64,000 nt of DNA from assembly GCA_903935585.1 (NCBI GenBank), contig CAIZSE010000078.1, forward strand, positions 36,866 to 100,865. Reading direction: 5' to 3'. Each line of letters starts with the position of its first letter. Position 1 is the first letter of the stretch. Below the pieces are notes generated by a model that was not told the origin of the DNA, did not search any database, and saw nothing but the letters and a program-made list of their open reading frames with translations. Both the position numbers and the translations under genes were made by a program. This document shows, piece by piece, positions 51,672-60,551 of this stretch. The stretch comes from an uncultured Burkholderiales bacterium. Lineage in GTDB: Bacteria > Pseudomonadota > Gammaproteobacteria > Burkholderiales > Burkholderiaceae_C.

Positions 51672-52196
51672 ATGAAGATCGAAATCGTCGTTGGCAACAT
51701 CGTCAAGCAACCCGACATGGAGGCGGTGGTCAACAGCGCTAATGCCAATTTGCGTCTAGGCTCGGGCGTGGCAGGTGCCATTCACATGGCTGCTGGCCCC
51801 AAGCTGGAGGAGTATTGCAAGCCCTATGCGCCCTTGGCCTTGGGCGCTGGATTGATCACACCCGGTTTTAAATTGGCCAACCCGTGGATCATTCATGTGC
51901 GATCGGCTCACTACATCAACAACGACGAGCCAGAGAAATACATGCAGATGGCTTTGGAGTCGATGCTCCGATTGGCCAATGACAATGACATCCGAAGTTT
52001 GGCCCTACCTGCCATTGGTACGGGCATGTTCAAGTTTCCCGCCGTGTTGGCGGCTCGAATTATTTGCCAATCGCTCCACCGTGCAGATGAATTGGCCCCC
52101 TTTTTGCAAACCGTGCGCATTTGCCTGACCGATGCGGACATGGTTCAGCTGTTTGAATCTGCGAACGCCGAAGTTCAAGCTAGCACTATTCAATGA
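51672..52196 (+). CDS. Macro-domain protein (ADP-ribose binding/hydrolase)
   Basis: GNIVK, AVVNSANANLRLGSGVAGAIH, SLALPAIGTGMF; AGGAG RBS. Confidence 0.9.
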   Translation: MKIEIVVGNIVKQPDMEAVVNSANANLRLGSGVAGAIHMAAGPKLEEYCKPYAPLALGAGLITPGFKLANPWIIHVRSAHYINNDEPEKYMQMALESMLRLANDNDIRSLALPAIGTGMFKFPAVLAARIICQSLHRADELAPFLQTVRICLTDADMVQLFESANAEVQASTIQ

Positions 52197-52209
52197 TGTG
52201 GAGTCAACT

Positions 52210-52452
52210 ATGAAATTCTGGAATATTTTCGGGTCTCTTGCCAGCACAGACACGGGTGAGGTCATCAACAAAATAGATGATTCAACGTTTCTGCGGAATG
52301 ATGGGACTGTCTACCGACAAGAGGGGAATCTGATCACCGGCTCGGATGGTTCAGTGATGTCAGTTGTGGATACGGGCGCTGACGCAGGAAGCGGTCTGCC
52401 TGGCATGGCCATCACCACTTTCGGCGGTTTTCGCAAGGATGAAGAATGGTGA
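52210..52452 (+). CDS. Small hypothetical protein
   Basis: 80 aa from ATG 52210, downstream of the macro gene. Confidence 0.5.
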   Translation: MKFWNIFGSLASTDTGEVINKIDDSTFLRNDGTVYRQEGNLITGSDGSVMSVVDTGADAGSGLPGMAITTFGGFRKDEEW

Positions 52453-52453
52453 A

Positions 52454-53416
52454 TCAGGTTTTGTACTGATTGAGCGCTTTGGACAATTCTTTACTGAGCT
52501 TTTGCTGCAGCGACGACGGCGCTAGCACTTTGACCTCTGCGCCAAAACGCAAGATGTCACCCAACAGCTCGCGTTCATCGGAATAAGGCACTTTAAGTGT
52601 GTACCGACCATCGTCGTGCAAGTTGCCTTCTTGCTCAGGGTGCCAAGACTCATGGCGCACCCACTGCGCTCTGCTAGGAGAAAACTCCAGTACCGCCCAG
52701 TCCTTAGGTATGCCACCAAAAATGCCGTAGCCGCCGTCAAGTTGCTGCCGCATGGAGATCAGATCGATGTTTTTGGCTGCTTTGCTGAGCAAATGGGCGC
52801 GCTCGATGGCGTCAATGGAAAAGCTTCGGAGGCCTCCGCGCAAATGGCACCATGCATCCACATACCAGTTGTCTCGGTAGTGGACCAATTGCTGGGGAGA
52901 GATGTCGCGCAGAACGATCTCTCCGTTTTGCCGGTTCAGATGTTCGATTTGGACTTGCTTGCGCTCCAGGGTGGCTTTGGCCACTGTCTCAAAACTGGTA
53001 AGTGTCAGGTGGCGTTTGCCTGCATGGACGGCCCTGACGCGCTGGGTCAAAGTGGCTGCGTCCAGCCCTTGGCTGGCCAGCATGTCATCCAGCCGCTTTT
53101 GAAAGGGTTTGAGCTTGGGGCCTAACAGACCGGGTTCTAGCTGAACAATCATGCTTTGAATGGTCAGTAGGGCGAGCATTTCGTCCTGACTGAACCACAG
53201 ACCCGGCAGTTCCGTCCTGTCGGATTGTTCTAGTCGATAGCCACCCAGATCGCGGTCAAAAACTATGGGGGTGTGCAACTGGTCCCGCAACTTGGCGATG
53301 TCACGTTTGAAGGTGGCCAGAGAGATCTCGAGCTTCTGCATGATGTCTTCGCGTGACATGGCCCTGCGGCCGCTCAGCAGGGTTTTGTATTGGTAGAGGC
53401 GATCGATTTCTGACAT
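52454..53416 (-). CDS. HTH-WYL-WCX transcriptional regulator (YafY/PafBC-like)
   Basis: N-terminal wHTH (LEISLATFKRDIAKLRD), HYRDNWYVDAW...LRSFSIDAI WYL, ELLGDILRFGAEVKVLAP WCX. Confidence 0.92.
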   Translation of the reverse strand: MSEIDRLYQYKTLLSGRRAMSREDIMQKLEISLATFKRDIAKLRDQLHTPIVFDRDLGGYRLEQSDRTELPGLWFSQDEMLALLTIQSMIVQLEPGLLGPKLKPFQKRLDDMLASQGLDAATLTQRVRAVHAGKRHLTLTSFETVAKATLERKQVQIEHLNRQNGEIVLRDISPQQLVHYRDNWYVDAWCHLRGGLRSFSIDAIERAHLLSKAAKNIDLISMRQQLDGGYGIFGGIPKDWAVLEFSPSRAQWVRHESWHPEQEGNLHDDGRYTLKVPYSDERELLGDILRFGAEVKVLAPSSLQQKLSKELSKALNQYKT

Positions 53417-53704
53417 GTCTGTGGTCGTTTCTAATTTTTACCAGTTTAATCGGGCGGCCCAACTGGGCATATTCAACGCCCGACCGTGGCCTTGTAAAGT
53501 TCCGCCCGACTGCGCTTGTGCAGCTTGAAGGGCTGCCCATACTCGAACAGCATCATCTTTTGCTTTTCCAACGCCACGTACTTTTGCACCGGAGTAAACA
53601 TTGCAGGGGATAAGGTGGGTGGAGCTAATAAAACCAGGAAAAAAGTCAGGACCATGATTGCTGCATCGGTTGTGTTCTAGACACAGTGATGCTCTTGCTT
53701 TGCA

Positions 53705-53721
53705 GGCTCACCCTGTGAGCT
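53705..53721. promoter_or_regulatory. GGCTCA-N5-TGAGCC-type palindrome, copy 4
   Basis: GGCTCA-CCCTG-TGAGCT, plus an extra TGAGCC at 53726; upstream of the WYL gene on the minus strand. Confidence 0.62.
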
Positions 53722-53761
53722 TGGTTGAGCCCCAAAGGCAAAATATTCGAGTCCTTGAGCT

Positions 53762-54334
53762 TTAAGCCAACTCGACCGCAGCCTTCAACTGGCTTGGACT
53801 GCTGTACAAATATGCGGCAGTGGTTTGGATGCTGCGATGGCCGGCCAAAGTTTTGAGGATATGAATCGCAGTTCCCTTGTTGGCCAGTGAGGTCAAAAAC
53901 GTCCTGCGACCGCTGTGGCTGCTGGCGCCTTGCAGTCCTGCACCCGCGTACAACAAAGCAAAAGTCTGCGCCAGGCTGTTTGCGCTGAACCCAGTGAGGA
54001 TGCTTTTTTGACTGGCAAAGAACGGATAGCTTCTGTCTACACACTTAGCCTGTGCAGCATAAGCCTGCAACTCTTCACGCAATTTGATGTTGACGAAAAC
54101 TGTGCGAGCGTGTCTGCCCTTGGTCATGTCGGGTAGCAAGCGAATTTCTTCTTTGACAGTGCCATCTGTGTTGATTACGTCGCTCCAGCGCAAGCAGGCT
54201 ACTTCCCCAATGCGCAAACCCGCCAGGTGGGTGAGCAACATCATGGCCCGGTTGCGTTGCGCAAAGCGTCGCGTGTCTATGTAGTCCAGTACCTGAGCCA
54301 GTTCGTCTTTTGTCAGTGTTTTTGCCTGTGCCAT
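53762..54334 (-). CDS. Small tyrosine recombinase (catalytic domain only)
   Basis: GLRIGE (R), TKG (K), SHSGRRT (HxxR), LAGHRS, TAAYL (Y); AGGAGA RBS; 190 aa. Confidence 0.9.
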   Translation of the reverse strand: MAQAKTLTKDELAQVLDYIDTRRFAQRNRAMMLLTHLAGLRIGEVACLRWSDVINTDGTVKEEIRLLPDMTKGRHARTVFVNIKLREELQAYAAQAKCVDRSYPFFASQKSILTGFSANSLAQTFALLYAGAGLQGASSHSGRRTFLTSLANKGTAIHILKTLAGHRSIQTTAAYLYSSPSQLKAAVELA

Positions 54335-54878
54335 TTCAGTTCTCCTGTAATCATGTGTTTGCGTTAATTGCATTGTGTTTTCACATATTTATCTGGACAA
54401 CCGGAGACCCGCCAAAGTGGCGGGTTTCAGGCTAGATCTGCCTCAGGATGAACTTCCTGTGGATAACTTTTTCACTGAAATTTTCTTCAATGATTTCAAC
54501 GCTCAACCGGTGAAATCTTGTAAAAGCATGTTTTTCATAGATTTCCGCCGCGATCTCGCACTCTTTCAGTGCCCAGCAGAGCAGGGCGTCAAATAAGCCC
54601 TACAAGCGCTGATCGGTTGAGTCAGCACTCTGAGTATTCGGACCCAGAGAAAAACGTGTTGTAGGGCGTTTTACGCATGGACTTTTTGTGTGTGCTGCTT
54701 GGCGCATGTAAGCCTTGAGCGCCGAACAAATAACACACAACTACAACTCAATGCCAAAAACGAACAGACTCAAAAAGCGGTGTTGAGTCGGTATCCGTCC
54801 AATCTGTCGGGACTCTTGAAATCGGTTGTCCATCTGCTTGTCTGACACAAAACTGTGGTCACACAACGAGGACTACAG

Positions 54879-55235
54879 ATGAAAAAATTCGATGCAAACC
54901 AACTGTCACACTTCACCGGCACAGAGCGCTATTACCGAATCAGCCGCAAACACTTGCTAACCGATGGGACCAAATACCTGGCTGAAGAGGCAGAGTGTTT
55001 TTGGATGATGGATGCCGTGGCCAGTCACCTCATCGAGATTGGAACAGCGGATTGGTTTGTACAGATTCGCGTGACGGTGAAAGGCACCCGAGTAACCATG
55101 GTCTATGAGGACGGGAACGGGCATGAACATGCTCGCCAAGAGATTCCGTTCACCGACTTTCCCCTGGTTGAGCAAACGCTGTATGCATGCTGGGATGGGG
55201 ATCACTGGGTGATCATGTTGCCGAGTGAATATTGA
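54879..55235 (+). CDS. DUF6876-like protein
   Basis: LTDGTKYLAEEAECFWMMDAVAS...EDGNG...QEIPFTDFP...MLPSEY pattern recalled for this family. Confidence 0.65.
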   Translation: MKKFDANQLSHFTGTERYYRISRKHLLTDGTKYLAEEAECFWMMDAVASHLIEIGTADWFVQIRVTVKGTRVTMVYEDGNGHEHARQEIPFTDFPLVEQTLYACWDGDHWVIMLPSEY

Positions 55236-55357
55236 TTTCTTGTATCTGAATGGCTGGTTTATAGTTGTTTGAGCGAAGCTAGCTAGTTTGCATTTTTGCC
55301 GCTGACTTGGCTATTTGATTGGGCTCAGACCTGTTTTCAGAACATTGGTATTTCAAC

Positions 55358-56752
55358 ATGCAAGAAATCAATTGCCCGCACTGCGGCAAAGCCTTCAAGA
55401 TTGACGAATCTGGATATGCGGACATCCTCAAACAGGTTCGAGATAGTGAGTTTGACCAGGCCCTGCATGATCGACTCGCATTGGCCGAGAAAGAAAAGCA
55501 ATCGGCCATCGATTTGGCCATGGCTAAAGCGGCCAGTGAGCTGCAAAAAAGAGCGGCTACCAAGGATGCTGAAATTCAAGAGCTGAAAGCCAAACTGGAT
55601 GCCAGCGAGATTACTAGGCAGCTCGCTGTCAACGAGGCTTTGAGCCAAGTTCAAAAAGAGCGCGACGCTTTGGCAAATCAGCTGGAGCAAGCCAAGCACG
55701 ACCAAGAAGCTGCCGTTCAGCTTGCAAAAGCCAAGTCACTAAATGAATTGCAAAAGGCTGCTGGGACAAAAGACGCCGAGATCCAAGCCTTGAAAGCCCA
55801 ACTGGATGCGATTGAGACCGCCAAAAGGCTTGCTATCACGGAAGCTGTCAGCGCCGTTGAAAAGGAGCGTGATCAATTCAAAGGGGGCCTTGAGCGCGCC
55901 GAGTTAGAAATGGAGCTGGCCAAAAAAGCCCTCAAGGACAAATACGAGACCCAGATCAAGGACCGCGAGGACACGATCGAGCGCCTCCGTGATTTAAAAG
56001 CCCGTTTGTCTACCAAGATGATTGGCGAGACCTTGGAGTTGCATTGCGAGACGGAATTCAACCGTGTGCGCGCAATGGCGTTTCCTCAGGCGCACTTCGA
56101 GAAAGACAACGACGCTCGCTCAGGAAGCAAGGGCGACTACATTTTTAGAGAGTTGGATGGCGCGGGTACAGAAATCGTCTCGATCATGTTCGAAATGAAA
56201 AATGAGAGCGATACGACTACTACCAAGACGAAGAACGAAGACTTTCTGAAAGAGCTGGACAAAGACCGCAATGAAAAAGGCTGCGAATATGCAGTTCTGG
56301 TGTCGCTCTTGGAGCCGGAAAGTGAGCTTTACAACACGGGAATCGTTGACGTATCTCACCGTTATCCCAAGATGTACGTCGTGCGTCCCCAATTTTTCTT
56401 GCCCATCATTTCTTTGCTTCGGAACGCTGCAATGAACTCATTGCAGTACAAGTCGGAATTGGCCCTCGTCAAGAGCCAGAACATTGACATCACCAATTTC
56501 GAGAACGAGCTGGACATATTCAAAGCGGCCTTCGGTAAAAACTACGATCTAGCCTCCAAGCGTTTCCAGACTGCGATCGATGAAATCGATAAGTCGATTG
56601 ATCACTTGCAAAAAACCAAGGAAGCCTTAATCGGAACCGACAGAAATTTGAGACTGGCCAATGACAAGGCGCAAGACGTGACCATCAAGAAATTGACGCG
56701 TGGTAACCCGACCATGGCGCAAAAGTTTGCCGACTTAAAAGCTGGGGAGTGA
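55358..56752 (+). CDS. DUF2130-domain coiled-coil protein
   Basis: [11 protein letters not shown] zinc-ribbon start, [31 protein letters not shown]. Confidence 0.85.
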   Translation: MQEINCPHCGKAFKIDESGYADILKQVRDSEFDQALHDRLALAEKEKQSAIDLAMAKAASELQKRAATKDAEIQELKAKLDASEITRQLAVNEALSQVQKERDALANQLEQAKHDQEAAVQLAKAKSLNELQKAAGTKDAEIQALKAQLDAIETAKRLAITEAVSAVEKERDQFKGGLERAELEMELAKKALKDKYETQIKDREDTIERLRDLKARLSTKMIGETLELHCETEFNRVRAMAFPQAHFEKDNDARSGSKGDYIFRELDGAGTEIVSIMFEMKNESDTTTTKTKNEDFLKELDKDRNEKGCEYAVLVSLLEPESELYNTGIVDVSHRYPKMYVVRPQFFLPIISLLRNAAMNSLQYKSELALVKSQNIDITNFENELDIFKAAFGKNYDLASKRFQTAIDEIDKSIDHLQKTKEALIGTDRNLRLANDKAQDVTIKKLTRGNPTMAQKFADLKAGE

Positions 56753-56816
56753 GACGATCAAAGGCTTTATTTAAAGAGGCAGGGTGGTCTAGAAGTCCTC
56801 TGGTCAGACCTAATTG

Positions 56817-57419
56817 TCACTGATCACTCCAAGATTTTGACCACATGTGCTCCAAACCTTCGCGTAATTTGTGCTCAGGTGTGACGACAAAAGCAGGGGC
56901 GTAAATGTTGGGGGAATACGGCAACTTATCGGCCGCAGCCTGATCATTCTTTTTAGCCCAAGTGTGTGCCGTCACAAGTGATATGGCCAAAACACTGCCA
57001 GTAAGCCACATTGCAAACAAGCGCAGATTCAACCCTATGCGGCTTGCCAAGTGAATGTGAATCAATGCGGTCAGCGTTATAAGTACTGCATTTGGGATGT
57101 TGTGTATGTCAGTGGGCCATGGCCAGCCCAAGTTAAAGAACATCCACGGCAAGGCGTAGTTGAGAACCGCTGCGTCTATGAAGGACGCACCAGCTGCAAT
57201 GATGGTGTGTTCAGCAAGCCTTGTTCGACCTTGTTCTTGCCAAGTTACCCAGGACCATGCACTGATCCAACAAGCCAAGATGGCGATTTCCTCTATCATC
57301 AACTTAGTGATGAATGCTGTATCGGCGGCGCTGCTGTAGATTGGCAAATAGACCCACAGTTGAGCTGCTAGCCAAGCCAGGATGAAAGCGGGTGCGGCTA
57401 TGAGAGGTCTTGACATCAT
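56817..57419 (-). CDS. Multi-pass membrane protein
   Basis: Five to six hydrophobic segments; ATGA-coupled to the upstream protease. Confidence 0.7.
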   Translation of the reverse strand: MMSRPLIAAPAFILAWLAAQLWVYLPIYSSAADTAFITKLMIEEIAILACWISAWSWVTWQEQGRTRLAEHTIIAAGASFIDAAVLNYALPWMFFNLGWPWPTDIHNIPNAVLITLTALIHIHLASRIGLNLRLFAMWLTGSVLAISLVTAHTWAKKNDQAAADKLPYSPNIYAPAFVVTPEHKLREGLEHMWSKSWSDQ

Positions 57420-58717
57420 GGTTTAGCCTTCGGGGTAAAGCTCAGACTGTCCATACTTTTCAGCAAGATGGCGCGGGCGCTTTGATCATCAAAGCCAGAC
57501 ATACCGATGGCAACCAGCAATGCATCTTGGCCTGACACTAAGGGTGTGTATCGAAATCGATAGTCAAACAAGCCCGGGAGTTTTTCGACAGCACGTCTGC
57601 ATGCATGCAGTTGAATTGGCAAATCAAAACGCCCCCTCAAGCGTTGCTCCGTGCAATTCCAAGAAGCAGTAGGCCCATCGTTGTCTTTGACGTTACGCAG
57701 GCGCGTTAGTTGATCTTCAATCAACCGTGCCAAGCCATGGGCGCTCATTTTCTCGCTGCTGAACCAGAAACTGCCCATGACGATGTGGCCCGCGTTCTGT
57801 TGGTCCGAGATATACAAGCTCGTAGAAGAGTCGCACCGTTGGTCAACACGTTTGTAGTGGTCATTCGGAGTGTCTTTGCGAGCGGCAGAGCAGGGTTGAT
57901 CTCTAGAAATATCCCCTCTTACCTGAAACGGCCCAAGCCGCCTAACGCTGTGTGTTGGAAGGTCAAAACGCATCACGATCTGTTGATTGAATGCGCTGAC
58001 TTGGCGTGCGATGTCCTTGCGCAGTTCATCCAAACTGGGGGGCTTTTGAGGAGTCTTGCTGCGGATCATTTGACCCACAGCCTCAGCAGGGACTGCCAGT
58101 CCCACCAACTGGTATTGAGTACTGGTGGCCACGTTCACTCCAAGCACCCGACCTTCCGCATCCAGGGTTGGCCCACCGCTCATGCCGCCATTGATAGCGC
58201 CGCTGAAAATGATCAATGGCGTTGAGGTTTTGTCTGTGACGCCGTTAAACGTACCCGTCACGATGCTGTGTTGATAACCGCCTGGCTTGCCCATGGAATA
58301 GCCCGATTCACCACGGTCGGGCAAAGTCTCACGCATTTCCAACAAGGGGACCCGTAGGGTTTGTTCAACTTTCAAAATGGCCAGATCGTTCTGAATGTCT
58401 ACAGCCACGATTTCGGCCTTGAGCTCGCCTTGATCCATCGACACAATTTGCAGGGTGTGATCGTCCGGCTCAAAAATTGAATCTGAGATGGCGTGGTAGT
58501 TGGTGATGACCCAGTCTTTTCGGTGGGTCACAAAGCCACTGGCCACGGAAGAAACGCCCAAGTTGGTCCGATTTTTCGTTACCACTTCAACAACAGACGG
58601 ACGGATGCGCTCGTAGAGTTGGCGAGAGTTGGGTGGCGCTGCGAATGCAGTGATCGAAATCGAGCACAGAAGCAATATGGCCAAAAAGGGAGAAACAAGC
58701 CTGTTCGGCAAATGCAT
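57416..58717 (-). CDS. Exported trypsin-like (S1C/HtrA-type, no PDZ) serine protease
   Basis: Signal-like N-terminus; triad motifs ITNYHAI, NDLAIL, GGMSGGP. Confidence 0.85.
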   Translation of the reverse strand: MHLPNRLVSPFLAILLLCSISITAFAAPPNSRQLYERIRPSVVEVVTKNRTNLGVSSVASGFVTHRKDWVITNYHAISDSIFEPDDHTLQIVSMDQGELKAEIVAVDIQNDLAILKVEQTLRVPLLEMRETLPDRGESGYSMGKPGGYQHSIVTGTFNGVTDKTSTPLIIFSGAINGGMSGGPTLDAEGRVLGVNVATSTQYQLVGLAVPAEAVGQMIRSKTPQKPPSLDELRKDIARQVSAFNQQIVMRFDLPTHSVRRLGPFQVRGDISRDQPCSAARKDTPNDHYKRVDQRCDSSTSLYISDQQNAGHIVMGSFWFSSEKMSAHGLARLIEDQLTRLRNVKDNDGPTASWNCTEQRLRGRFDLPIQLHACRRAVEKLPGLFDYRFRYTPLVSGQDALLVAIGMSGFDDQSARAILLKSMDSLSFTPKAKP

Positions 58718-58765
58718 GGCCAAAACTCTCAAAATTATCAATATTGTGATGGTAGTGGATGGGTA

Positions 58766-58782
58766 GGCTCATGGGATGAGCC
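58766..58782. promoter_or_regulatory. GGCTCA-N5-TGAGCC palindrome, copy 5 (perfect)
   Basis: GGCTCA-TGGGA-TGAGCC; on the minus strand TACCAT follows 11 nt later, upstream of the protease ATG. Confidence 0.7.
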
Positions 58783-58971
58783 AGGGAGGATTTGAACCTT
58801 TAGACTCTTACCGTATGCACCAATTTCACGCTTACTAAACGGAGCCAATGGGGCAGAGGTCCTTGGCGTCAATCTTCCTTCAGGGTATCGAAACTAGGCG
58901 GCAGGCCTATACAGGCCTGAACTTGTGTGTTGTTTATCGCTTAAATGGGCAGTTCCTGTCGTGTAGCGCGG

Positions 58972-59352
58972 TTACTTCATTGCAACAATCTTTTTGACTG
59001 CGAGCTTTGCAGCCTCTGCAGCAGCCTTTTCTATGCAGTAGTTTCTGAACTGTAGCCACACACTATTTGGGTCTCCGTGCCACTTTTTAACTATGTTCTT
59101 TACCAACCGTCTCATTTCAAGTCTCACGCACGAGCGAAAGTATTTGTCCTCGCCTTCCTCCTTGAGCATCCATTCGTGACCAAGATTTTTCATTGTGTAA
59201 CGCGCAGCGCTACTAATTTGTCCATGCTCCATTCTTTTAGAGCTTTCAAACCAAGGTCCCAGTCTTCGTTCTAAATCTTTGGCTACAAGAGTAACGAACT
59301 GCTTGGCGTTCTCTTCTGCAAGCGTGTATTTGTCTTTTTCAATGGCAGTCAT
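58972..59352 (-). CDS. Hypothetical protein (AT-rich cassette)
   Basis: 126 aa with AAAGG RBS. Confidence 0.6.
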   Translation of the reverse strand: MTAIEKDKYTLAEENAKQFVTLVAKDLERRLGPWFESSKRMEHGQISSAARYTMKNLGHEWMLKEEGEDKYFRSCVRLEMRRLVKNIVKKWHGDPNSVWLQFRNYCIEKAAAEAAKLAVKKIVAMK

Positions 59353-59380
59353 GCTTTACCTTTTGAAATATTGATTCTCT

Positions 59381-59734
59381 TCAACGAATAATTGCTACGC
59401 CCATAGTGGTACCTTTAAGACGTCTTAGCGCTTTTGCTTCAATCATTCGAATACGCTTTCGAGTTAAATCTGGGAAATTTATGTATTCAACAGGTCGCGT
59501 TGTATTTGCATGACTTCCTGGAGCGATGTAAACACAAAACTTTTTTTCGGCTGCAATTCGCAACTCAGCAACCGTCGTAGTGTGGAAAATTAGCTGCTTA
59601 CATTCGCCGCAAAAACGAATCCCTGGCTCATCAGTCGGTTCAAGCTCACTCCACTGGATTCCACAAACAACCTTCATGTCGCAGTTGGCGGCATCAAGTA
59701 ATTCTTGGGTCCCCATAGATTCGATGCTCTTCAT
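59381..59734 (-). CDS. Cys-rich hypothetical protein with a sigma70 region-4.2-like C-terminal helix
   Basis: C..C..W..L.PT....RFCGEC...C motif, then LTRKRIRMIEAKALRRLK; ATGA overlap with upstream ORF. Confidence 0.6.
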   Translation of the reverse strand: MKSIESMGTQELLDAANCDMKVVCGIQWSELEPTDEPGIRFCGECKQLIFHTTTVAELRIAAEKKFCVYIAPGSHANTTRPVEYINFPDLTRKRIRMIEAKALRRLKGTTMGVAIIR

Positions 59735-60006
59735 AGGCCGCAAAACTTCAACGCATACTGCCTGTATCGTTGCCAGACAACGTCTCGATTGCTATGTGTT
59801 TTGGGCACGTACGACAGGACTAAATCTCTGAGCCTTTGCCTAAGTTGGATTGCTTCAGCCGTCGCTGGGTACTTCTTTGCCCATTCGCAACCATGGAGCT
59901 TTGCCGCTTCTTCTGCCGAGCTCTTGATTTGCCGATATCCAAATCCAATTAAACCTTTATTGCTATCGTCTAGCAGTTCACCTATGGACTTGGCGGGTGC
60001 GTTCAT
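59731..60006 (-). CDS. Hypothetical protein
   Basis: 91 aa with GAGG RBS; first gene of a three-gene minus-strand run. Confidence 0.55.
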   Translation of the reverse strand: MNAPAKSIGELLDDSNKGLIGFGYRQIKSSAEEAAKLHGCEWAKKYPATAEAIQLRQRLRDLVLSYVPKTHSNRDVVWQRYRQYALKFCGL

Positions 60007-60112
60007 GATCTTTCCTCTGAGGTTAATTACTGAAGGGTGTTTGTTTTTTGTGCTTTTTTTTATATTAATAGAAACCCTTGATTCGTATGTACATTGTTCA
60101 TAAAATTATTAG

Positions 60113-60340
60113 ATGAACGAATCACCAACCCCCGAGCAAATTTATGAAATACGACAAAAGTTCGGTTGGACCCAGTCAGAGGCCGCAGCACTTGTGTGGG
60201 TCACCTTAAGGGGCTGGCAATGGTGGGAGTCTGGGAAGCGAAAGATGCCAATTGGCTTATGGGAGTTGCTTCTAATAAAGGCCGATTTACATCCCAATTT
60301 CAAGTGGAATAGGCAACCTCATCAGGCAAAGGATGCCTAG
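60113..60340 (+). CDS. Small XRE-type HTH protein
   Basis: IRQKFGWTQSEAAALVWVTLRGWQWWESGKR. Confidence 0.75.
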   Translation: MNESPTPEQIYEIRQKFGWTQSEAAALVWVTLRGWQWWESGKRKMPIGLWELLLIKADLHPNFKWNRQPHQAKDA

Positions 60341-60362
60341 ATTCGCACCAGATGGCTTCAAA

Positions 60363-60547
60363 TTAAATAACTGTCCATGGCGCTGCTTTGAGCCTCTCAT
60401 TAAGAAACTCAACGAGAGCCCTCACCATCGGCAGCAAAAACTTTCGTGTGGATAGACCGTGTAAATCCCCAGTGTTGCTGCCTGGTACTGTGGCAAGACT
60501 TCCACAAGAGCACCGCGTCGCAGCTGTCGCAATTGTTTGACCAAAAC
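60363..60547 (-). pseudogene. Degraded C-terminal remnant of a LysR-type regulator
   Basis: One minus frame gives LRRGALVEVLPQYQAATLGIYTVYP; after a 1-nt shift near 60450 it continues TRKFLLPMVRALVEFLNERL*, the usual LysR C-terminus. Confidence 0.5.
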
Positions 60548-60551
60548 CTAG

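Noticed and set aside
52454-53416. Calling the WYL gene brxR
   Set aside because: It lies about 25 kb from the BREX promoter, and the candidate box is absent upstream of brxA; no evidence it regulates BREX
53473-53655. 60-aa minus-strand ORF between box 4 and the WYL gene
   Set aside because: Short, no motif and uncertain start; could be a leader ORF but is not supportable as a feature
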